Made by a program: the position numbers and the translations under genes | Notes under the pieces: model-generated | The model's database searches: none | Seen by the model: the letters and a program-made list of their open reading frames with translations, nothing else | What the model was told of the DNA's origin: nothing | Assembly (NCBI GenBank): GCA_951406725.2 | Contig: OX597828.1 | Coordinates: 49,662,001 to 49,726,000 of the forward strand | Reading direction: 5' to 3' | Source: Octopus vulgaris | Lineage: Eukaryota | DNA: 64,000 nt | In this document: positions 1 through 12,700 of the stretch, in pieces | How positions within the stretch are numbered: the first letter of the stretch is position 1 | How the letters are laid out: every line of letters starts with the position of its first letter

Positions 1-109
1 AACCGAAAAGATCCCACCTGTCTTAACAGCTATAATAAAAATGAAGTTTCTCTGCTACTTTTATGGGTTTTTGAATGTACTCTTACACAAGATTCCAAAT
101 TGAAAGGAA

Positions 110-510
110 TATTTTCAATGAAACCTAAAAATGCATCATACACATCTGTTATGATGCAAATTAAATTTTACAACTTATAAAAGATGTTTTGAATCAAATG
201 AGTGATGATAATTATCACTCAGACATCCCTTTACAATTAATACTGAAAATTGTCCAATAGTTCTGAGGTTTGTAAAAGTAGGGATCGTATCAGAAAGTCT
301 TACAGCTTTAATTATGAGCAAAGATTCTGGCTGAAATCTTGGCTAATGTAATTATTCAAAATACTGAAGATACTGAACTAAAGTTGGAAAGCACTTTATC
401 TCAGTGCTTTGCTGGCTTCCTCAGTAATACCTGGCTGTACCTGTGATGCTCAGAAACTAATGCAACAGAAAATTATAAAGGATGTTATACAACTTATAGA
501 TTATAAATTA
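110..510 (+). pseudogene. Possible highly degraded hAT (ZMYM1/DUF4371-like) transposase remnant
   Basis: Short translated patches KPKNASYTSVMMQ and IIKDVIQL recall hAT transposase motifs; frame is broken. Confidence 0.3.
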
Positions 511-514
511 TATA

Positions 515-1176
515 GGCGCAGGAGTGGCTGTGTGGTAAGTAGCTTGCTTACCAACCACATGGTTCCGGGTTCAGTCCCACTGCGTGGCATCTTGGGCAAG
601 TGTCTTCTGCTATAGCCCCAGGCCGACCAAAGTCTTGTGAGTGGATTTGGTAGATGGAAACTGAAAGAAGCCTGTCATGTATATCATCATCATCATCTTT
701 TAACGTCCGCTTTCCATGCTAGCATGGGTTGGACGGTTCAACTGGGGTCTGGGAAGCCAGGAGGCTGCACCAGGCCAGTCAGATCTGACAGTGTTTCTAC
801 AACTGGATGCCCTTCCTAACGCCAACCACTCCGTGAGTGTAGTGGGTGCTTTTTATGTGCCACCCGCACAGGCGAACGGCCACGCTCGGATGGTGTTTTT
901 TACGTGCCACCGGCACGGAGGCCAGGCGAGGCTGGCACGGCCACGATCGGATGGTGTTTGTTACGTTCCACCGTCTATATATATATATGTATGTGTGTGT
1001 TTATCTGTGTTTGTCCCCCCAGCATTGCTTGACAACCGATGTTGGTGTGTTTACGTCCCCGTAACTTAGCAGTTTAGCAAAAGAGACCTTGGTTTACAAA
1101 GAATAAGTCCTGGGATCGATTTGCTCGACTAACGGCGATGCTCTAACATGGCCGCAGTCAAATGACTGAAACAAGT
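515..1176 (+). mobile_element. tRNA-derived SINE (family A), interrupted by an RTE 3'-UTR fragment at ~684-973
   Basis: A box TGGCTGTGTGG, B-box-like GGTTCAGTCCC, CORE-like CTTGGGCAAG, internal microsatellite, 3' ...GACTGAAACAAGT; many copies in window. Confidence 0.85.
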
Positions 1177-1627
1177 GCAAAGGTAATACAAGCTATAATC
1201 ATGCAATTAACTAAAATCAATTGAGAAAGAGGACAATAGAAAACAAAGACTCAAAAGTAACAAAGTTTTAAATGAGAAACAGCAAAAGTTGTATAGTGTG
1301 GGGATTCTGCACTGTAGTGGTAGCAGAGAAGCAGGCAATATCTACTTAGTACAGAAAGAGGGTCAAAAGAGATGAACACTAACTTCCACAAAAATGTGTA
1401 ATAGATTCTGTATATTTCTTGTGTATATATTGTTCTGTATATTTTACATATATATATTGTGTATATTTTCTGTATGCTGTTGTGTATAGTTCCTGTCTAA
1501 GTAGTAATGTATTTCTTGTGTATATATATATATATATATATATATTGTGTGTATATTTTGATTTCCTGTAAATAATGAAATTTACCTTCCCTTTTTTCTT
1601 TCTTTTCTTTTTTTTTTTCGACCTCAG

Positions 1628-1994
1628 TTACTCAGTTCCACAAAACAGAATTTGTCTTGGAGACATTCTGAAAACAAGTGCCTTATGCAGCCAGAGAATG
1701 GTCTGGAACATTCAAGCAAGGAAGATATAAAAATGTCAATTCTAGACAAAACTAGCGAAAGAAACTCTGGCGATGATGTTTCTTCTGCAGACTGTGAAAT
1801 GGAAGAAAAAGAAAGAAATTCGCAGAAACTCATGCCTGAATCCACGAAAGGTTCCAAAACTGAAGGGGACTTGAAATTAACATCTTCGAATCAGTGCAAC
1901 TTGAGCCATAAACAGAAATATAAAAAAAAAATTTGTGGTGGAAAACAAATGAAATTATTTCCTTCGAAAGAATCTGGCAAAATTTTACTAAAAG
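1628..1994 (+). CDS. FAM172A: FAM172A exon A (charged low-complexity N-terminal extension; in-frame ATG at 1685)
   Basis: Long polypyrimidine tract 1583-1620 then CAG at 1625-1627; open frame of 122 codons; donor AG|GTTAGC at 1994/1995 in phase 1, matching the next exon. No family motif recognised in this exon. Confidence 0.7.
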
Positions 1995-4466
1995 GTTAGC
2001 TCAAACATTTTGAAGGGTGGTTGTCTGCGTTTGTGTGAGGGTGGTGTGGAAAGAAGATTGTTTCCCAATTAAATGCTTCCAGGTTTTGTGTTCCATTACG
2101 TGGCACTTTGCACAAGTGTCTTCTACTGTAGCCTCAGGTTGACTAAAGCCTTGTGAGTGAATTTGGTAGATGGAAACTGAAAGAAGCCTGTTATATGTGT
2201 GTGTGTTTGTATATTGTTGGCATCTTTTTGTCTCGGGAGACAATGAGTTGTGCATAAACTAATCCAGTCTGATTTTTACATTTCTTGTCCTCTCCAGTCT
2301 TGTGCAGGCCTGATTAGATGTAAGAAAATCCTGGGTAGCCCAATCGTCAGGATTCCTCTCTCAACCTTGCTGATATAGTCCAAAGGAGTGCAGAGCATTA
2401 CGTTTGGCACCATCATGGTTGCAGGAGCTGCCGGAAGAGTGTTGAGTTGAACACTAAACTGCCTACAGAACTCCACTCTGGATTTCTTTGAAGACTGTCT
2501 CCTTTCCGTAACACTGGATAAGGGCCCATACCAGGTACTGTTAGCCGGAGTCAGCTGAGCCCAGGACTCGTGTCAGGCAGGGTCGTCACTCCCTGAAGTA
2601 GTGAAGAAAATCGCTACCCACTTCCTACATGTTTGTATATACACACATGCATATATACAAACGACACATGTATATGTGTGTGTCTTTGTATTTATGTTTG
2701 TCCCCCTCCTCACTGCTTGACAACTGGTGTTGCTGTGTTTGTAACTTAGTGGTTTAGCAAAAGAGACTGATAGAATAAATACCAGGCTTTTAAAAAAATA
2801 TAAATTCCGGGGTCGATTCATTTGACTAAAGTGTCTTCAAGGTGGTGCCCCAGCATGGCCGCAATCTAATGACTGACACAAGTAAAAAATAAAAGAGCTG
2901 TTTGTTTGTCATAGTCAGGTCTGATTAGAAGGGAGCTATGCAACAGAGGTGTATTAACAAAACTTTGCAAAGATAATCATCAATCAAGTCTAGCTAGAAA
3001 GGAGCTTCGTAATAAAGACTTTATAGAAATTCTCTATATTTGGCTGCGAGAAGAGAGCTTTCTGGTAGTGTGGTAATGGTTGGTATATAAATGAGGCCTT
3101 AGAGACTTATTAGATCTTGCAGCTAGAAGAGAGCTGGGCAGTAATGAGGCATTAACAGGCTTTACAGAGTCCACCCTGTGAAGTGGTTGGCTTCAGGAAG
3201 GGCATCTAGGTGTAAAAACCATGCCAACACAGACAGCGATGCATGGTGCAGTCTTCTGCCTAGCCAGCTCCTGTCAAACTGCCCAACTCATGCCAGCATG
3301 GAAAGCGGATATTAAATGATGATGATGATGATGACCTCAGTCGCATATGATTAGAAGTAAGTTGTGCAACAGTAGTGAGCTGGCAAGATTTTACAAAGAT
3401 ATGAATCAGAACCAAAATCGAAGTCGATCAACATCAATGGAAATTGCAGCTGTGATACCAGTGCCGGTGGCACATAAAAAGCACCATCCAACCGTGGCTG
3501 TTTTGCCAGCCCCATCTGGCGCCTGTGCCGGTGGCATGTAAAAAGCACCCACTACACTCTCGGAATGGTTGGCGTTAGGAAGGGCATCCAGCTGTAGAAA
3601 CACTGCCAGATCAGACTGGGCCTGGTGCAGCCTCCTGGCTTCCCAGATCCCAGTTGAACCGTCCAACCCATGCTAGCATGGAAAGCAGATGCTATATGAT
3701 GATGATGACGTTGTGTCTGGCTTGAAGAGGGCCCTATAATACTGTTGTAATAAAATCATGTCTGGTTTGAAGAGAGCTATGATTTAGTGGCATATTAATG
3801 TAGCTCTACAAACATGCAGTTATCTATTACGATGCCAACTTTCCAGAGAGGACAATTGGTTGTTTCATAGTTTGATACTAGGAAAAACCCTTAACTCTCA
3901 TTGAATTTACTCCACCCAGTTGTAACTAGGTACCGTGGTGAGGAACAGTGCAACAGAACGATGAGGTACATTGCATTTAACAGTAAATATGTCTTGTTCT
4001 GAGTTATAACAATGTAGCTTCTCAGTAGATGTTGTGAGAGGTATTAGCAATAGATGCAATGATGAGACTCAGTTCACTTGCCTGTCACTAGGTACCATCA
4101 ATAGATGTTGTAGTGAGGTTCAGTGTGTATCATTCAATAGCTACCATGAGTGGGTGTAGTCCAGTTTGACACCTGGGAAAAAAACAAGCACAGGACTGCC
4201 CTTGCCTGCCATAGCTGCACCAGCAGAGGTGCCACTCCCTATAAAGGAGTGTAAGATATTAAGTTGTAAAAAATATAGTGTTTAGCTATGTTGGCTGTGG
4301 TGTTTAGCTATGTGACATGAAGTGTTTAACCATTAACATCTGGTGTTTAGTTCTACAGTTTTTGACTGATATTAATAATAATAATAAAAGTAAACATTAT
4401 AGTTCCATACTTGCTAGATATCTACATTTTGTTTATACATTTATTTACTTTCATACTGCCTTATTA

Positions 4467-4502
<36 letters not shown>

Positions 4503-4525
4503 GTGTGTGTGTGTGATATTTATTT

Positions 4526-4566
<41 letters not shown>

Positions 4567-6663
4567 AATATAGTGTACTATATATATATGTATATATATA
4601 TGTACTAAATTTATTATCAACCTTCAGTCTTCCTGTCTTTCTTCAACATTTTTTCTTTTGTTTTATTTTTTTATTTCTACTTCTGTATTTATTTCAAAGA
4701 TCCAAATGTGATATCAACTCCCCAGAACCATAATAAAAGCAAAATGAAGCGAAAATCTTTGGAGTCTTTTAAATATCGTTTCAATGAAAGTAAGTAAGAA
4801 TTTGTTAACAAAGGTCATCCATCAACCCATTCATTCATTCGCCCTCATCTCATTTGTACCCTTTCATTCACCCACATTAAATATTACACACCCAGAGCAT
4901 GCTCAACACCTTTCTTTGTCCTCCATACATCTTACACAACCAGCATCTGTCTTTGTACCCACTCTTTGTACCCAAGCATTATAGAATCTACCCTTCACTC
5001 TTGATTACACTGTGTAACACAATTTTTGTCCTTTGGTAGCAACTGTTATTCCCTATGTGCTGACCCCTAGAAAGTATGAAAAATGGCTAATATTTCCTTC
5101 AAACTTTGCTTTTGTTACATTCATTCAAACCCCAAAGAATCCTTCTCAGAACTTGACTGTGATGCTCTCCTACTTCTCCTTCTCATGATTAGAGATGCAC
5201 ATATTGTCAGCCTCTAAGGAACATGGTCAACTGGTTAAGGTCAAGCAACTGACAAACAAATCTGTGGCATTGAGCAGAATATTTGCTATAACAATATTTC
5301 TGCTTCAGCAGCTCGGTGCTGAATCTCAGAAATCTAATGGAAAATAGATCAGTTTTAAAACATTGATATCCACTGTGAAGTGGTTGGCTTCAGGAAGGGC
5401 ATCTAGGTGTAAAAACCATGCCAACACAGACAGAGATGCATGGTGCAGTCTTCTGCCTAGCCAGCTCCTGTCAAACTGCCCAACTCATACCAGCATGGAA
5501 AGCGGATATTAAATGATGATGATGATGATGACCTCAGTCGCATATGATTAGAAGTAAGTTGTGCAACAGTAGTGAGCTGGCAAGATTTTACAAAGATATG
5601 AATCAGAACCAAAATCGAAGTCGATCAACATCAATGGAAATTGCAGCTGTGATACCAGTGCCGGTGGCACATAAAAAGCACCATCCAACCGTGGCTGTTT
5701 TGCCAGCCCCATCTGGCGCCTGTGCCGGTGGCATGTAAAAAGCACCCACTACACTCTCGGAATGGTTGGCGTTAGGAAGGGCATCCAGCTGTAGAAACAC
5801 TGCCAGATCAGACTGGGCCTGGTGCAGCCTCCTGGCTTCCCAGATCCCAGTTGAACCGTCCAACCCATGCTAGCATGGAAAGCAGATGCTATATGATGAT
5901 GATGACGTTGTGTCTGGCTTGAAGAGGGCCCTATAATACTGTTGTAATAAAATCATGTCTGGTTTGAAGAGAGCTATGATTTAGTGGCATATTAATGTAG
6001 CTCTACAAACATGCAGTTATCTATTACGATGCCAACTTTCCAGAGAGGACAATTGGTTGTTTCATAGTTTGATACTAGGAAAAACCCTTAACTCTCATTG
6101 AACTTACTCCACCCAGTTGTAACTAGGTACCGTGGTGAGGAACAGTGCAACAGAACGATGAGGTACATTGCATTTAACAGTAAATATGTCTTGTTCTGAG
6201 TTATAACAATGTAGCTTCTCAGTAGATGTTGTGAGAGGTATTAGCAATAGATGCAATGATGAGACTCAGTTCACTTGCCTGTCACTAGGTACCATCAATA
6301 GATGTTGTAGTGAGGTTCAGTGTGTATCATTCAATAGCTACCATGAGTGGGTGTAGTCCAGTTTGACACCTGGGAAAAAAACAAGCACAGGACTGCCCTT
6401 GCCTGCCATAGCTGCACCAGCAGAGGTGCCACTCCCTATAAAGGAGTGTAAGATATTAAGTTGTAAAAAATATAGTGTTTAGCTATGTTGGCTGTGGTGT
6501 TTAGCTATGTGACATGAAGTGTTTAACCATTAACATCTGGTGTTTAGTTCTACAGTTTTTGACTGATATTAATAATAATAATAAAAGTAAACATTATAGT
6601 TCCATACTTGCTAGATATCTACATTTTGTTTATACATTTATTTACTTTCATACTGCCTTATTA

Positions 6664-6714
<51 letters not shown>

Positions 6715-9700
6715 ATATTTATTTGGTATATATATATATATATGTATATATATATGTACTAAATTTATTATCACCCTTCGGTCTTCCTGTCTTTCTTCAA
6801 CATTTTTTCTTTTGTTTTATTTTTTTATTTCTACTTCTGTATTTATTTCAAAGATCCAAATGTGATATCAACTCCCCAGAACCATAATAAAAGCAAAATG
6901 AAGCAAAAATCTTTGGAGTCTTTTAAATATCGTTTCAATGAAAGTAAGTAAGAATTTGTTAACAAAGGTCATCCATCAACCCATTCATTCATTCGCCCTC
7001 ATCTCATTTGTACCCTTTCATTCACCCACATTAAATATTACACACCCAGAGCATGCTCAACACCTTTCTTTGTCCTCCATACATCTTACACAACCAGCAT
7101 CTGTCTTTGTACCCACTCTTTGTACCCAAGCATTATAGAATCTACCCTTCACTCTTGATTACACTGTGTAACACAATTTTTGTCCTTTGGTAGCAACTGT
7201 TATTCCCTATGTGCTGACCCCTAGAAAGTATGAAAAATGGCTAATATTTCCTTCAAACTTTGCTTTTGTTACATTCATTCAAACCCCAAAGAATCCTTCT
7301 CAGAACTTGACTGTGATGCTCTCCTACTTCTCCTTCTCATGATTAGAGATGCACATATTGTCAGCCTCTAAGGAACATGGTCAACTGGTTAAGGTCAAGC
7401 AACTGACAAACAAATCTGTGGCATTGAGCAGAATATTTGCTATAACAATATTTCTGCTTCAGCAGCTCGGTGCTGAATCTCAGAAATCTAATGGAAAATA
7501 GATCAGTTTTAAAACATTGATATCCAGGTCACAAAAGCAAAGGTTGAAGGGAATAGAAGTCGTTTTCTTTGATTTCTCGATAGAAGCAAATAAAAAATAA
7601 CACTTACTCACCAAAGACACAAAAAAAAATAATAATTTTGTTCTACAGTGTTATCATTGTTTCCATGGAAGGAAGATTTAATCGTCTGGAAGCCGTTCAG
7701 CGACGTGCAACAAAGAGAATACCCTCCATCAGGCATTTGCCATATTCTGAACGCCTTACTTCCCTGGGCCTGGACACATTGAAACTCCGACGTCTGGCAG
7801 CTGACTTGGCAGACACCCATAAAATTATCAACCATCTTACAAACAATAACTCTGAGCACCTTTTCAAACTCCACCTGTGGACATGTTTACAAAGTCAGAA
7901 AACAACACAGCTCCCATGACTTTAGGAAACATTTTTTCACGCTGAGAGTTGCTGAAGCATGGAACAGACTGCCGGCATCAGTTGTTAGTTGTCGGAGCAC
8001 TGCATCCTTCAAAACTTCCATGCTTCCTGAGATTCGCCAACACTACACCTGATTTTCTCCCCTCCATACACATACAAGCATGTATCTGACTCATACACTG
8101 TTTGCTTTCCAGACATTTTTACATTACTGCATACCCTTTATACGCACTTTCTGACAAGTTGTGGTGCACCTGAGCACTGTATACAATAATTTCATTATTA
8201 TTATTATTATTATTATTATAAGATTTAGCTGTAAAGTAAGGGTAGATTATCCATGTATAATGTAAATTACTGTTGAGGTACATTACAGCAGTATGAGATA
8301 GACTGCAATTATCTGAACCAGATGTCTTGCAAACAACTTGCACATACAAGTGCTACCAGTTAAGAACACCGCATACTGGAAGCCAGCAAGTGTATAGGGT
8401 CATCAGGAGAGAATGCGCGCTGTTTCGGGGCCTACCTCTCAAATTAACAAGTAACTTTACTGTTTGTTGGTATGCATCCCAAAGTGAATATCTTTACCAT
8501 TCAACGTCTTAACGTCTATTCTGATAGTTTATCATATTGTCATCCATCCATTTACTGACTTGCTTTACAATCACTTGATCTGATAATATATAAGTAATCT
8601 GTAATTTTGATTTCAGTTTGTTTTCATTTTTTATTCTACCAATTTCGATACAAGTTCACCCATGACTGCTCCTGATTCTATGATACAACTTCCTGTTTTA
8701 TAGTGATCTGTATTATAGCCAGCATTTTTATCCATCTTTACATTATGAGTTCAAATTCCACTGAGATCAACTTTGGATTTCATCCTTTTGGGGTTGATAA
8801 AATAAAGACCAGTTGAACCCTGTAGTCAATGTAATCAAATTACCCCCTCTTTCAAAATTGCTGGCCTTACGCCGAAATTTGAAACCAAGTCATGTTCTAA
8901 ACAACAGCTAATAAGGATAAAAATTATTTTACTAAATTTTTCATTATTTTCAAAATTAACTGAAACAAAGGTTGTTTATTTCAGCAGGAATATAGAGACA
9001 AAAAGGTTAAATGATTTAGAAGAGTCCATGTGGTACCACATAAAAATGCCCATGCAGCACCATGTAAAGGTTCCCATGTGGTACCACATAAAAATGCCCA
9101 TGCAGCACCATGTAAAGGTTCCCATGTGGTACCACATAAAAATGCCCATGCAGCACCATGTAAAGGTTCCCATGTGGTGCCACATAAAAATGCCCATGCA
9201 GCACCATGTAAAGGTACTCATGTGGTACCACATAAAGGCATCCTGCTCACTCTGTAAAGTGGTTGGTGTTTGGAAAACAACCATGCCAAATCAGACTGGA
9301 ACCTGGTCCCCCACCCCCCCAGCTTGCCAGCTCTAGTCACACCTTCCAACTCATGCCAACATGGACAATGGATGTCAAAGGATAATAATGATGATGAAGA
9401 GAAGCACAGCAGTACTGGCCCTTTTCCAGGGTCTCTAAAATGTTTGGTGGCTTAGAGTAAGAAAAGTCACTCTAAAACCAGAACCAGAGATCTGGACCAA
9501 ATGCTTGCAGCAGTGTGGTGCCTACATAATGTACTTATGAACCAAAAGGTAGATTGTTAAACAGGTGAACTTAGCCTGTGGCCCAAGTTACCATAAGTGT
9601 TGGCTAACTATTGGTGCTAACAACAGAAGCATGGCTATTGTGTTTTGTTGGACCAATTATCCTTATGGGTAAATAGAGAACCACCTTTAATAGTAACCTT

Positions 9701-12700
9701 GAATTACATGTAGTTCTGCTGTATGTCACCCTGGTACTATGTACAGCAAACTGTGCTGCACCTCTTTATGGTACCTATTGAGTGTTGTAAAATGAATCTC
9801 ATTACTGCATCAGGGGAGGGCTACTCCATCCCCTACCGCATGATACTTATAGATAGGTGAGTGAAGTGATCCTCACATTAAATATTCCATCTAGAAACAT
9901 GGATGTGAGCAGATTCTTGTATCTTCCTCAGTCAAGGTAACAGCTGTGACAAGAACTGATGAAGCTTAACTCTTTAACTTCATCATCTTAACCATTGATC
10001 CCTAGTCTCCATGGTATTTGCTTCGTTTGTTCAACTTAACTTCAGGTTCTTGTTTTTTTTTTGTTTTTTAATTTAAAATCTTCTTTTATTTGCCAGAGGG
10101 CCGTCTACGACACATTAAAACTGGGAAACCTTTTGAGTTTAACATCAGCAACAATAGAAGGGATAACGAGAAGAATTATGAAGAACTAGGAGAGGTAAGT
10201 AGTCATTATAATAGTACTAGCATTAAGGTAGAAAAATTGATAGAAGAGGTGGACGCAGGCGTGAGAGAGAGGCCGTCAAGTTCAAGATAGACATCTGAGG
10301 CAGGCATTAAACTAATCATTATAAGAATGGTTTCAAATATTGGCACAAGGCTGACACTTTTAGGAGAGAGACTAAGTCTATTACATTGACCCTAGTATTC
10401 AACTGGTATTTATTTTATTGACCCTAGATGAAAGACGAGGTTGACCTTGGTGGAATTTGAACTCTGACCATAATGAGTTGCAAGAACCTCTGCTAAGCAT
10501 TTTGTTCAACCAAAGCCTTGTGAGTGTATTTGGTAGATAGGAACTGAAAGAAACTCATCACATGTACATATATATGAGGGTATGCTGTAAAGTTCCTGCT
10601 TTAGAGGTATCGCAAAAGATCTGGTTGGAGGATCGACCTTCTGAGTTTTTTTACAGGGTTTAGAAAAACTGAAGGACCGCTGCAATAAGTGGTGTGAATC
10701 TTTTTTACCGAACTGCTAAGTTACAAGGACGTAAATACACCATCGCTGATTGTCAAGCAGCAGTGGGAGGCAAAAGTAGACACAAAATCACATGGAAATA
10801 CACACTCATGTATGCAAGGCTTCTTTCAGTTTCCGTCTACTAAATCCACTTGCAAGGCTTTGGTCAACTCGAGGTTATATTAGAAGATACTTGCCCAATG
10901 TGCCACACAGGGGGACTGAACTCGGAACCATGTGGTTAGGAAGGAAACTCTTTATTTTATTAAATTTGCCATAAAGGCAGTACATAGAATAAGGAAGCTT
11001 GCAGGCTGGACACAGACATTAATGAGATGAATGATAATGATACAAGGATGGGAGAAGACGAAAAGCGCCCGCCGACTTTTGCTTCTCTAAAACGTTCTTT
11101 TTTTAAAAACACTGAATGAGGTATTAACCCTCTTACAATTTTATACAAAGTTCATCTCTTATTATAAAAGGCAGATTTTATCTGCCTCCCTTTGGGAGTT
11201 ATACAAATCTACAATATAGGATTTCTTCAATTACAATTTACCTAGCATTTTTAAGAGTACAATGCATCGCGTCATGCCAGGTCCAGTTTTTAAAATTTAA
11301 ACTCCAATTAAGCAAAATTTACAGAAAACTCACATTCTGGTGTGTGTGTCTCAAATGCTTTTCTTAGTCTGGTTTACAGTACATGCAAACGCACACACAC
11401 AGTGTGCAATGAATAAACTGAAACTAATTCACTGTGTTGACAGGTAGAAAATAGAATGCGATGGCGATGGCTATGGCAATGGCGATGGCTATGGCGATGG
11501 CGATGGCTATGGCGATGGCGATGTAATATTTGTTTCTCTCTATGACGCTCATAAAAGCATTGATGTACATGTGTGCATGCGTGAGTGTGTGTGTGTCATT
11601 CCTCACACACACGCATACACATACATATATGAGAGTGGCAAACACAAACGTTTCAAACAACTACATACAAACATGTGTGTGTTTGTTATTAGTAAAAAAA
11701 GGCGCCAAAACACAACTCACTTATCATTCCAACACATTTACAAAGACACACGGACGGTCGAATAACAATACAGAAAAGGTAAATTGGTTTTTATTTTACT
11801 CTGTATATATTTTATTATATAATATTATATATAGATATATGTATATATAATTGCAGTATGAAACAGTGTTTATGTATAAACAGACGACACTTATATATAG
11901 TTATTAATAAATGTATGCATCCGTTTAACCCTTTCGTTACCAAACCGCCCGAAAAAAATTTTGGTTAATGTGACCAAGCCGCCCGAATTTACCTATTCAT
12001 ATTTAAATGAGAATATCAGAGTAAATCTCTTTAGAACATTCGTGAAAACACGTATTATACTTCGTAAACAGTTCAACCACAGTTTTGTACAAAAATCGAA
12101 GTGTAATTTTAATTCCGTGAATTATGGGAGATTTTTTTCCGAAATTTGTTCCTATTGTGTTTTCAAAATTTGTAATTCTGACAAAAAATGGATACGAATT
12201 TCATTATATCAAGCAGCGAGTCAGAATTCGAAGGATTTTCTACTGAAGACCTTCATAAATCTAACTCTATGACTGAAAAAAAAAAGCATGTGGTATTTGA
12301 TCTCAACCTAAACAAAGCGAAAGAAACGATAGTTTGTTATTTCCCACAACCTTAAATGAAATTAAGGCCTATTTTGCCATAAATATTATTATGAGTATTA
12401 GAAAGTTACCCAGAATAACAAATTCTATCGTAAAATTTTGTTGTATACCCAATTGAATATTAGCTAATAACCCATTTTCTATAGCGATGTTTGAACAAAA
12501 TTTTAATAATTTTATATATTGTTGAATTTACCTGTATCTACCTGCAATTAGAGTCACTTTGTGACAAAAATTATAGTATAGAATTGGTTGAGAACATTTC
12601 ACTAAATTATCTTCCAAAAATCAGATTAATATATTGATAAATAAAAAAGTTATAGTTGTTTAATGAAACCAGACTAAATTTATGATTACGTTAGAAATTA

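Larger units (their letters stand above)
3176..7526 (+). repeat. Tandem duplication: unit 1 3176-5372 (2197 bp), unit 2 5373-7526 (2154 bp)
   Basis: Near-identical sequence; ORF track repeats at offsets of 2197 and 2154; length difference lies in the (TA)n/(TG)n tract. Confidence 0.97.

Noticed and set aside
11424-11660. Poly-(IA) ORF
   Set aside because: Translation of the (ATGGCN)n microsatellite.
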